A DNA stretch of 64,000 bases, from positions 160,001 to 224,000 of the forward strand of contig CAVZJB010000003.1 of assembly GCA_963775425.1 (NCBI GenBank), given 5' to 3'. This DNA comes from an uncultured delta proteobacterium. Its GTDB lineage: Bacteria > Myxococcota > UBA727 > VGSZ01. Position 1 is the stretch's first letter; each line of letters opens with the position of its first letter. This document shows, piece by piece, positions 29,218-37,574 of the stretch. A program made the translations under genes and the position numbers. Below the pieces are notes generated by a model. That model did no database searches. It worked only from the letters and a program-made list of their open reading frames with translations, and was not told the origin of the DNA.

Positions 29218-31287
29218 GTGATCATCACCTGCGAGCAATGCAAGACCCGGTTCAAGGTCGGCGACGACAAGCTCGCGAAGGGACCGATCCGGGTGCGCTG
29301 CTCCAAGTGCAACCACGTCTTCACGGCGTCCAGCAGCGCGACCCCGTCCCCGGCGCCGGTCGCGGGCTTCGGCGCGCCGTCGGCGTCGCTGCCGCCGCAG
29401 CCCACCGGCGCGTTCACGGCGCCCAACAACCGCAGCGGCATCTTTCGGCCGCCCGCGTCGTCGCTGCCGCCCACCGCGGTGAACCCCGCGCTCGGCAGCA
29501 CCACGCAGGCGTCGGCGACGTCGACGCTGCCGCAGTTCCCGGGGCTGTCGCCGGCGCCGTCGCAGCCGCCGTCGGCAGCGCTGCCCTCGACGACGGTGAC
29601 GCAGCGCCCCCCGGTCACCAACCCCGGCGATCCGTTTCGCGGCCTCGACCCGTTCGGGCGCCGTCAGACACCGGGCCTCACCCCCGTGCGCGCGCCCACG
29701 CCGGACCCGTTCGCCCCGACGCCCACGCCGTCCTCCAACCCGTTCAGCGCGCCGACGGCGCCGCAGACGCCGCGGGCGAAGGGCGATCCGTTCGGCATGG
29801 CGAGCACGCCGGCGCCGCGCGCGGATCCCTTCGCCGGCCTCGCGGAAAACGGCGCGTCCCGGCCGCCGACACAGCCACCTGCGCCGTCGCCGTTCGGCGC
29901 CCCCGCGCGGTCGCCGACGCAGCCGCCGTCTCCCTTCGGCGCGCCCGTGGCTCCCTTTGACGGCGGCGCGCCGTCGGGCTTCGGGGGGTCGTCGCCGCCC
30001 GGCTTCGGGGGGTCGTCGCCGCCGGGCTTCGGCCCGCCGTCGTCGTCGCCGCAAGGCTTCGGGTCGTCGCCGCCCGGCTTCGGGTCGTCGCCGCCGGGCT
30101 TCGGGACGCCCGCGCCGTCGGCGTCTCCTTTCGGCGCGCCGTCGCCGGCGTCTCCCTTCGGCGCGCCGTCGCCGGCGCCTCCCTTCGGCGCCCCGTCGCC
30201 TGCGCCGGCGCCCTTCGGCAACAACGGCGATCCGTTCGGGGGCGTCGCGCCCGCGCCCGCGCGCCCCGCGGATCCCTTCGACGGCCTCGGCCGCCCGCCC
30301 ACCCAGGATCCGTTCGCCGGCGTCGGCGCGTCGCCTCCCGCGCCCGCCTCGCCCAATCCGTTCTCGCTCACCGGCGAGCCCGAGAGCGACCCCTTCGCGA
30401 GCACCGAGCCGATGAGCGCGAGCGCGCTGTTCGGCAAACCGTCGGCGCCGTCCCCGTCGTCGCCACCGTTTCAGGCGGAGGGCTTCGACGCCGCGGCCGC
30501 GCCGCCGCCCGCGGACGGCATGATCCAGCCGCCGCCGCCGCCGCCGGACGGGGCCGATCCTTTCTCCGGGCTCGACGCCGAGCCCGCCGACGCGCAGTCG
30601 TTGTTCGAGCCGCCGCCGCCGCCCGCCGAGGCCCGGCCGCGGCCGAGCACGCCGCCCGCGACGTTGCCGCCCGCCGCCGCCACCCAGACACGCATCAACG
30701 CGCCCACCACGGGCGCCGACATGCAGAAGCTCCAGCGGCTCCAGGCGTCGCAGCGCGCGAAGGAGATCGCGTGGGCTGCGGCGCAGGGGCTGTTGCTGCT
30801 GGTCTTCCTCGTCGTCGCCGTCGTCGTCGGCCGCGGCGGGTCCCTCGAGGATCTCGCGCGCGGGGACCTGCGCGCCGCGCTCGGCGGCCCGCGCGTCGGC
30901 GGTGCGCTCGGCGTCGAGGACGCCCACGTGTCTCGTCGCAAATTGCCGTCGGGTGTCGACGTCGTCGTCGTCACCGGCGTCGTCGCCAACACCACCGATC
31001 AGAAGATCCCCGCGGCGCTCGTGAACGTGCGCTTCGGCCGCGGGCCGTGGCGATCGGGGTGGGCGTGGAGCTCCATCGACGGCATCGACGTCGACGGCCT
31101 CAAGGACATGCCGGACGCGGTGGCGCTCTCGCTGCGCGGGCCGCGATCGCCGTCTTTGGCGCCCGGCGATCGCGCGCCGTTCGTCATCGTCGCGCCCGCG
31201 CCCCCCGAGGGCACCAAGGCGAGCTTCGCCGTGCAGGCGGCGCCGGCGCGCCCCGCCGGCGACGACGCCAAGGGCGGCAAGCCCTGA
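29218..31287 (+). CDS. Zinc-ribbon (MJ0042-type) Pro-rich bitopic membrane protein, DUF3426-like C-terminus
   Basis: CEQC...CSKC; long Pro-rich region with DPF repeats; one TM segment; periplasmic beta-rich domain. Confidence 0.85.
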   Translation: MIITCEQCKTRFKVGDDKLAKGPIRVRCSKCNHVFTASSSATPSPAPVAGFGAPSASLPPQPTGAFTAPNNRSGIFRPPASSLPPTAVNPALGSTTQASATSTLPQFPGLSPAPSQPPSAALPSTTVTQRPPVTNPGDPFRGLDPFGRRQTPGLTPVRAPTPDPFAPTPTPSSNPFSAPTAPQTPRAKGDPFGMASTPAPRADPFAGLAENGASRPPTQPPAPSPFGAPARSPTQPPSPFGAPVAPFDGGAPSGFGGSSPPGFGGSSPPGFGPPSSSPQGFGSSPPGFGSSPPGFGTPAPSASPFGAPSPASPFGAPSPAPPFGAPSPAPAPFGNNGDPFGGVAPAPARPADPFDGLGRPPTQDPFAGVGASPPAPASPNPFSLTGEPESDPFASTEPMSASALFGKPSAPSPSSPPFQAEGFDAAAAPPPADGMIQPPPPPPDGADPFSGLDAEPADAQSLFEPPPPPAEARPRPSTPPATLPPAAATQTRINAPTTGADMQKLQRLQASQRAKEIAWAAAQGLLLLVFLVVAVVVGRGGSLEDLARGDLRAALGGPRVGGALGVEDAHVSRRKLPSGVDVVVVTGVVANTTDQKIPAALVNVRFGRGPWRSGWAWSSIDGIDVDGLKDMPDAVALSLRGPRSPSLAPGDRAPFVIVAPAPPEGTKASFAVQAAPARPAGDDAKGGKP
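29881..30220 (+). repeat. Coding repeats encoding PFGAP / PPGFGGSS units
   Basis: Degenerate 21-24 bp units such as tcgtcgccgcccggcttcggg and ccgtcgccggcgtctcccttcggcgcg. Confidence 0.75.
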
Positions 31288-32054
31288 GCGACGCCGAGCT
31301 CTTCGGGCTTGCGGCTCCGCTCGTCGTGGATCGCCTCGGGCGTGGGCTGGCCGCGGTGCCGGCGGGGCCGCTGCGCGTGGTCTATCTCGAGGAGCGCTTG
31401 AAGAACGCGCCGGCGTTGCCGCTCGTGCGCGCGCTCGCCTGCGCGCAACGCGAGGCCGTGCTCGGCTCCGCGCCGGCGCGCGTCCTCGTGGAGACGTTCG
31501 GCCTCGTCGTTGAGAACAACCGCCTCGACGGCACGCTCAGGAGCGCCCTCGTCACCGGCGCGCTCATGGTGGGGGAGCAGGCGGTGGTGCCGCTCGTCGA
31601 GCGGCCGGCGGCCAACGACGGCGACAGCAGCGCGCGCGACGAGAAGGCCAAGCGCGGCAGCCTCGCGCACGACGGCGAGACCCTCGGGCGGCGCAAGTCG
31701 CTCGCGCGCACCGCCACCGGCGACACGCTCCTCAAGATCCTCGACGACCCGCACCCCGACGTCATCAAGAACGCGCTCATGAACCCGAAGCTCAAGGAGG
31801 AGCACGCCGTGCGCGTGGCCGCGCGGCGCCCGGTTCCTCCCGCGGTGCTCGACGTCGTCGGCAACAGCCGCTTCTCGAACCGGCAGGCGGTGCGGCGCGC
31901 GCTGGCGTTGAACCCCGACTGCCCGACCAAGCTCGCGTGCCGCCTCGTCGCCACGATGACCGCCGCCGACCTCGAGGAGGTCGTCGCCGCCAGCGGCGTC
32001 CGCGTCGACGTGAAGAACGCCGCCGCCCTGCTGCTCAAGGGGCGCCCGCGGTGA
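31284..32054 (+). CDS. Hypothetical helical-repeat protein
   Basis: LGRRKSLAR, DPHPDVIKNALMNPKL, VRRALALNP; start uncertain (CTG at 31284 or GTG at 31326). Confidence 0.7.
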   Translation: MSDAELFGLAAPLVVDRLGRGLAAVPAGPLRVVYLEERLKNAPALPLVRALACAQREAVLGSAPARVLVETFGLVVENNRLDGTLRSALVTGALMVGEQAVVPLVERPAANDGDSSARDEKAKRGSLAHDGETLGRRKSLARTATGDTLLKILDDPHPDVIKNALMNPKLKEEHAVRVAARRPVPPAVLDVVGNSRFSNRQAVRRALALNPDCPTKLACRLVATMTAADLEEVVAASGVRVDVKNAAALLLKGRPR

Positions 32055-32067
32055 GCTGACGACGACG

Positions 32068-32250
32068 CTACGGCTCGTCGTCTCCGGGAGGGGCGTTGAT
32101 CGGCTTGGCGGCGCCCGCGGGATCATCGACGCGCTGCTTTCCGTCGTCGTAGTCCTTGGGCAGCTTCTTCACGGTGCGGACGAGGTCACCGAAGAGGTAG
32201 CGCCGGTTTGCCAGGAGCAGGACGAGCCCGATGAGCAGCAGCCACTTCAC
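32068..32250 (-). CDS. Small membrane-anchored protein (60 aa)
   Basis: N-terminal hydrophobic helix followed by an amphipathic helix; 6 nt downstream of the co-directional gene. Confidence 0.6.
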   Translation of the reverse strand: MKWLLLIGLVLLLANRRYLFGDLVRTVKKLPKDYDDGKQRVDDPAGAAKPINAPPGDDEP

Positions 32251-32256
32251 GGGTCG

Positions 32257-33129
32257 TCACAACGTGACGCCGGCGCGGACGCTGTACTGCAGCAACGTGT
32301 CCGCGCTGCCGCCGGAGTTCGTCCCGGCGACGGGGTTGACGAAGTTCATGTCGAGGCCGCCCGTGAGCGTGACCACCGCGATGATGAAGCGCAGACCGAC
32401 GGACACGCGATCGAGGCGGTTGCCGCCGAGCGGCACCTGCGTGAACACGACGTTGTCGTCGACGTTGGCGGCGTCGGCGGGGTTGGCGTCGACGATGCGC
32501 GAGGAGCCGTTCACCCAGATGCTCTGGTAGCCGACGAATGGGCACAGGTTGAAGCTGCCCATGATGCCGAAGCCCTTGGAGACCTGGCCGCCGGCCGTCA
32601 CCGTGAGCAGATCGAGATCCTTGTTGCCCACCATGCGGTTGATGCCGGCCTGGATGGCGACGTCAGGGATCCAGCGGAAGCCCTCGTTGAGCGCGACGCG
32701 CACGTTGGTGCCCAGGTTCAACAGCGAGCTGTCGATGAGGTACTCGGCGCCGAATTCCACCTCGGAGGTGAGCGGCACGGGGAGCACGAAGCCTTTGCGC
32801 GCGCGCGCGCCGAGGGTCATCAGCACCGGCACCGACGGATCACCGCGCGTGCTCTGCCAGTAGTCCTCGTTGAACCGCATGGTGTGGAACGTGTAGTCGA
32901 GGCCGAAGTCGAAGCCGGACTGGCCGGTGGTCTCCGCCGGCTGCAGCGACGTCGGCGTCATCACCACGCCGAGCTCGCGCACGAGCGCGTGGAAGCCGTT
33001 GTTGTCGGCGGTGACCTTGCCGCTCGAGTCCTGCTTCAAAAGGCCGGTGAGGTTGATGTCGTTGGACGCCGCCAACGCGGAGGGGGCGGCGGTGACGACG
33101 ACGAGGAGGGCGCAGGCGCGAAGGTTCAC
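32257..33129 (-). CDS. Putative outer-membrane beta-barrel protein
   Basis: Signal peptide; PAETTGQSGFDFG; alternating beta-strands; ends YSVRAGVTL. Confidence 0.7.
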   Translation of the reverse strand: MNLRACALLVVVTAAPSALAASNDINLTGLLKQDSSGKVTADNNGFHALVRELGVVMTPTSLQPAETTGQSGFDFGLDYTFHTMRFNEDYWQSTRGDPSVPVLMTLGARARKGFVLPVPLTSEVEFGAEYLIDSSLLNLGTNVRVALNEGFRWIPDVAIQAGINRMVGNKDLDLLTVTAGGQVSKGFGIMGSFNLCPFVGYQSIWVNGSSRIVDANPADAANVDDNVVFTQVPLGGNRLDRVSVGLRFIIAVVTLTGGLDMNFVNPVAGTNSGGSADTLLQYSVRAGVTL

Positions 33130-33228
33130 GCGCCCATTTGGCGCCGGAACGCGCCGCCGCGTCAAGTTTCGCCGTGTCGAGGCGCCCCGGCGGCGGCGGC
33201 GGGGGCGGCGGATCCGGGCTGTGCTTGC

Positions 33229-33255
33229 GATCCACTTTGATCCACCCGGATCCCC
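33229..33255 (-). promoter_or_regulatory. MraZ-box-like array on the minus strand
   Basis: GGGGATC, GTGGATC, GTGGATC at 10-bp period. Confidence 0.5.
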
Positions 33256-33392
33256 GGGGCCGGAACACAACATCCTGGGCTGAACATCTGTCTCGCTACG
33301 ACGGCGCCGGGCATCCTTTGGCGCCGCTCGAGAGAGATCCGATTGCATGGCGATGCGCTTGATCCGCGAATTCGGCTCGTTTTACCCTTCGC

Positions 33393-33427
33393 GTGGGTTT
33401 TGGTGGTGAAAGGCGGATCAAAGGGGA
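33393..33427 (+). promoter_or_regulatory. MraZ-binding repeats upstream of mraZ
   Basis: GTGGG, GTGGT, GCGGA, GGGGA at 33393, 33403, 33413, 33423 (10-bp period). Confidence 0.7.
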
Positions 33428-33429
33428 TC

Positions 33430-33879
33430 ATGTTCCAGGGACTCCACAACTGCTTGATGGACGACAAGGGTCGCGTCGCGTTTCCGGCGCCGCTCCGCGC
33501 CGCGCTCGAGAAGCTCGGCGTCGGCGACAGCTTCGTGCTCACGCAGTCCTTGTACGAGCCCTGCCTCGTCGCCATGAGCGAGCCGGACTTTCAGGCGCAA
33601 GCCGAGAAGGTGCGGCAGCTCCCCCCGTCGAACCCGGCGGTCATGCACTTCAAGCGCTTCGTGATCGCGCCCGCCACCGTCGTCACCATCGACCGCGCGG
33701 GGCGCGTCGGCGTCGCGAAGGAGCTGCGCGAATATGCGGGCCTCGAGCGCGAGTGTGTCTGGGCGGGTGTCGTCGAGCGCATCGAATTCTGGAGCAAGGC
33801 GCGCTGGGACGAGCTGCGCCGCGCCGCACCGGAGGATCTCGCGCGCACGCGCGAGTACCTCGAGCGCCATGGCCTCTGA
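33430..33879 (+). CDS. mraZ: Division/cell wall cluster regulator MraZ
   Basis: DDKGRVAFP and DRAGRV motifs; first gene of the dcw cluster. Confidence 0.93.
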   Translation: MFQGLHNCLMDDKGRVAFPAPLRAALEKLGVGDSFVLTQSLYEPCLVAMSEPDFQAQAEKVRQLPPSNPAVMHFKRFVIAPATVVTIDRAGRVGVAKELREYAGLERECVWAGVVERIEFWSKARWDELRRAAPEDLARTREYLERHGL

Positions 33880-34882
33880 TCCCAGCGAGCACGACGCGAC
33901 GGGGCGCGCACAGCGCCGCAGCGGCGCGCGCGGTCCGCGGAGCGCGGGCACGCCCGATCCCGCGCGGGGCCACGTCCCCGTCATGCTCTCCGAGGTGCTC
34001 GAGGCGCTCGACCTGAAGGCGGGCGACGTCGTCGTCGACTGCACCGCCGGCGGCGGCGGGCACCTGCAAGCGTTCGCGGAGCGCGTCGGCACGGCGGGCA
34101 GGGTCATCGCGCTCGATCGCGATCCGCGCGCGCACGAGGACGACGCTGCGGGCGGCGTCGCGCGCCGCTACGCCCCCCGCGTGACCCTCATCCAACGGCC
34201 GTTCTCCGAAGTGCGTCACGCGCTCGACGACGCGGGTGTCGACGCCGCGGACGCCCTGTTCGCCGACCTCGGCGTGTCGTCGTTTCAGCTCGACGAGGGC
34301 GCGCGCGGGTTCTCGTTCCAGAGCGACGCCCCCCTCGACATGCGCATGGACACCACGCGAGGCGAGACCGCGCGCGAGCTCATCGAGCGCCTCGACGAGG
34401 AGGAGCTCGCCGACGTGATCTTCACCCTCGGCGACGAGCGCAAGAGCCGGCGCATCGCGCGGGCCATCAAGCGCGCGCGGCCGACCACGACGTCGTCGCT
34501 CGCCGACGTCGTCGCCGCCGCGAGCGGCTCCGGCGGCGCGCGCGGGCGCGGCGGCGGGCGTCCTCGTCGTGGCGGGGGCGGGCGCGTCCACCCCGCTACG
34601 CGCACGTTCCAGGCCCTGCGCATCGCCGTGAACCACGAGCTCGACGAGCTCGACGCGCTGCTCGCGTCGCTGCCGTCGGTGGTGCGCGCGGGCGGGCGGG
34701 CCGCGATCCTGTCGTTTCACAGCCTGGAAGACCGGCGCGTCAAGCTGTGTTTCAAGGGTGAGGGCGTCTCGCCCCTGACCAAGAAGCCACTCGTGCCGAG
34801 CGACGACGAGATCCGCCGGAACCCGCGGTCCCGCAGCGCCAAGCTGCGCGCCGCGCTCGTCGTCACGGGGAGGTCTGCATGA
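33869..34882 (+). CDS. rsmH: 16S rRNA m4C1402 methyltransferase RsmH
   Basis: HVPVM, DCTAGGGGH, DLGVSS, PLDMRMD, HPATRTFQALRI, SFHSLEDR, NPRSRSAKLR. Confidence 0.95.
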   Translation: MASDPSEHDATGRAQRRSGARGPRSAGTPDPARGHVPVMLSEVLEALDLKAGDVVVDCTAGGGGHLQAFAERVGTAGRVIALDRDPRAHEDDAAGGVARRYAPRVTLIQRPFSEVRHALDDAGVDAADALFADLGVSSFQLDEGARGFSFQSDAPLDMRMDTTRGETARELIERLDEEELADVIFTLGDERKSRRIARAIKRARPTTTSSLADVVAAASGSGGARGRGGGRPRRGGGGRVHPATRTFQALRIAVNHELDELDALLASLPSVVRAGGRAAILSFHSLEDRRVKLCFKGEGVSPLTKKPLVPSDDEIRRNPRSRSAKLRAALVVTGRSA

Positions 34883-35328
34883 GCGCGCGCGTTCGGCCTG
34901 TCGAGGTCCGCCACGAGCCGCGGTCGCGTCCGATCACGTCGACCAAGCTCGGCTCGTCCCTCCTGTCGTCGTCGTACCCGGGGGCGCCGCGCACGGGACG
35001 CGCGCCGGCCGCGGCGCCGCGCGGCGACCTCGGGCTCGTGCTGTGCGCGCTCTGCGCCGCCGGCCTCGTCGTCGCGAGCCTGTTGCTCCTCGTCGGCGTG
35101 CGCGTCGCCCAGGTGCAGACGGGCTATCGCGTCCACGATCTGCAGAGCGAGCTGCTGCACCTCAAGAAGGAGCGCGCGTCGCTCGACGTCGAGCGCGCCA
35201 CGCTGCTGCGCCCCGCGCGGCTCGCGAAGCTGTCGCGCACGACGCTCGGGCTCGTGCCCGTGGATCCGTCGCGCGTCGTCGCCGCGAACGGACGCGACCT
35301 CCGGTCGCCGAGCGAGGAGGCCCGATGA
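34879..35328 (+). CDS. ftsL: Cell division protein FtsL
   Basis: Single TM plus coiled coil; position between rsmH and ftsI. Confidence 0.8.
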   Translation: MSARVRPVEVRHEPRSRPITSTKLGSSLLSSSYPGAPRTGRAPAAAPRGDLGLVLCALCAAGLVVASLLLLVGVRVAQVQTGYRVHDLQSELLHLKKERASLDVERATLLRPARLAKLSRTTLGLVPVDPSRVVAANGRDLRSPSEEAR

Positions 35329-37574
35329 TCCCGACGCCGCGCACAGGCACGCGCGTGACCAGCGGCGGCCGCGGCGCGGGCCAGGGGCCGCGCCTCGGCG
35401 GCGGCATCGATCCCCCGATCGTCGTGCCGCGCTGGCGCACCGCGCTCGTCTTCGGCGTGCTCGCGCTCGGGCTGTGCGCGCTCGGGGTGAAGGCCGGCCG
35501 CCTGCAGTTGCTCCTCGGCGACGACCTGCGCGGGCTCGCGGAGAACCAATACCTCCGCAAGGTGAAGGTGGCGGCGCCGCGCGGCGACATCGTCGATCAC
35601 GCGGGGCGCCCGCTCGCGAAGAGCGTCGCCGCGTGGTCCGTGAGCGCGCGGCCGTCCCTCGTCGAGGACAAGCAAGCGGCGGCGGCGGCGCTGGCGCCGC
35701 TCCTCGGCGTCGACACGCGCGAGGTCCTCGCCGAGCTCACCGGCGGCGACAAGTTCGTGTGGCTCGAGCGCCGGGCCGCGCTCGACGTCGCCGAGGGCGT
35801 GCGCAGGCTCGGCATCCCGGGCGTCGCGCTGCACCAGGACACGCGGCGCACCTGGCCGCAGAAGGCGCTCGCCGGCCAGCTCCTGGGGCTCGTGGACATC
35901 GACGGACGCGCGCAGGGCGGGGTGGAGCAGGCGTTCGACGAGTCGCTGGAGGGCCGCGCGCAGCAGGCGCCGGCGCTCATCGACAACAAGGGCGATCGCA
36001 TCGCTGTCGGCGACGGCCTCGACCTCGCGCTCCTCGACGGCGACGACGTCGCGCTCACGCTCGACGTGGGCGTGCAGCACGAGGCGGAGGACGCGCTCGC
36101 CGCCACCGTCATCGAGCACGGCGCGAAGTCGGGCTGGGCGTTGGCGATGGACGCGCGCACGGGAGCGCTGCTCGCCGTCGCCAACTACCCGCCCTTCAAC
36201 CCCAACGCCCCGGAGATGAACAACGCGCGCAACCTCGCGTTCGCCGAGGCGTTCGAGCCCGGGTCCATCTTCAAGATCGCGACGTTCGCCGCCGCGCTCG
36301 AGGCGGGCGCGGTGAAGCCTTCGGATCGCATCTATTGCGAGAACGGGCGCTTTCAGGTCGGGCGACACGTCATCCACGATACGCATCGCGCGGAGTGGCT
36401 GACGGCGCAGGAGGTGTTCCAGGAGTCCTCGAACATCGGCACGCTCAAGATCGCGCAGCGGCTCGGGGAGGACGCGATGAAGGCGGCGCTGTTGCGCTTC
36501 CACTTCGGTGAGCAGCCGGGCACCGGCCTCATCGAGGAGACGCCGGGCCGGCTGCCCTCGAAGTCGCACTGGGGCGACGCGCGCCTTGCCACGGTGAGCT
36601 TCGGCCACGGCCTCCTGGTGAGCGCGCTGCAGATGGTGAGCCTGGCGCAGGCCGTGGCCAACGGCGGCGTGCGCATGACGCCGCACCTGCTCGACCGTGT
36701 GACGACGCACGACGGCGAGGTCGTGCGTCGGGCGCCGCTCGACGAGGGCGAGCGCATCATGAGCGCGGGCACCGCGCGCACGCTGACGGAGATCATGGAG
36801 ACGGTGGAGCACAAGGGCGGCACGGGGACGCTCGCCGCCATCACCGGCATCGAGGTGGCGGGGAAGACGGGCACCGCGGAGAAGGTGGACCCGGTCACCC
36901 ACCGCTACAGCAACCAGCTCCACATGGCGTCGTTCGTCGGCTTCGCGCCCGCGAACGATCCGAAGATCGTGGCCATCGTCGTCGTCGACGAGCCGCAGGG
37001 CCCGCATCACTTCGGCGGGCTCGTCGCTGCACCCGCGTGGCGCCGCATCGTCGAGCGCGCGCTCGCCGAGGACGGCGTGCTGGCGCAGGCGCAGCTCGCG
37101 GACACTCCGCTCGTCGGCAAGGACGCCGCCGTGCTCGTGCGCGCGGCTCGTGAGGGCGCCGTCGTTGACGACGTCGGCGACGCGGCGGCGGATCGCGCGG
37201 ACGCCGCGGGCGCGCGCGTGACGGGAGCGAGCGAGGGCCACGCGGCTGACGGCGACCGCGTCGCGGTCGACCTCCGGGGCCTCGGCGCCCGCGCTGCATT
37301 GAGCGTCGCCGAGAAGGCCGGCGTCGAGGTGGAGCTCGCCGGCAGCGGCGTCGTCGCGTCGCAGCAGCCGGCGCCGGGAAAGAGGCTCGCGGCGGGTGAG
37401 CGCATCCGCGCGCTGCTCGCCGATCCGTCGGCGCCGCCGCTGCCGGTGGACCCTGCGCCGGCGCCCGGACCCGGGAACGAGTCGTCGTCGGCGGCGTCGG
37501 CAAAACGTTCGTCCGCCACGACGAGCGTGAAGGTGAATTCGAAGACGCCACGACGGGCGAAGGGGGGCGGGTGA
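35325..37574 (+). CDS. ftsI: Penicillin-binding protein FtsI with PASTA domain
   Basis: RGDIVD, EPGSIFK (SxxK), SSN, KTGT; C-terminal PASTA-like segment. Confidence 0.93.
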   Translation: MIPTPRTGTRVTSGGRGAGQGPRLGGGIDPPIVVPRWRTALVFGVLALGLCALGVKAGRLQLLLGDDLRGLAENQYLRKVKVAAPRGDIVDHAGRPLAKSVAAWSVSARPSLVEDKQAAAAALAPLLGVDTREVLAELTGGDKFVWLERRAALDVAEGVRRLGIPGVALHQDTRRTWPQKALAGQLLGLVDIDGRAQGGVEQAFDESLEGRAQQAPALIDNKGDRIAVGDGLDLALLDGDDVALTLDVGVQHEAEDALAATVIEHGAKSGWALAMDARTGALLAVANYPPFNPNAPEMNNARNLAFAEAFEPGSIFKIATFAAALEAGAVKPSDRIYCENGRFQVGRHVIHDTHRAEWLTAQEVFQESSNIGTLKIAQRLGEDAMKAALLRFHFGEQPGTGLIEETPGRLPSKSHWGDARLATVSFGHGLLVSALQMVSLAQAVANGGVRMTPHLLDRVTTHDGEVVRRAPLDEGERIMSAGTARTLTEIMETVEHKGGTGTLAAITGIEVAGKTGTAEKVDPVTHRYSNQLHMASFVGFAPANDPKIVAIVVVDEPQGPHHFGGLVAAPAWRRIVERALAEDGVLAQAQLADTPLVGKDAAVLVRAAREGAVVDDVGDAAADRADAAGARVTGASEGHAADGDRVAVDLRGLGARAALSVAEKAGVEVELAGSGVVASQQPAPGKRLAAGERIRALLADPSAPPLPVDPAPAPGPGNESSSAASAKRSSATTSVKVNSKTPRRAKGGG

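Noticed and set aside
32068-32250. Small protein as TatA/TatB
   Set aside because: Topology is similar but the FG hinge is not directly after the TM helix and no tatC is present.
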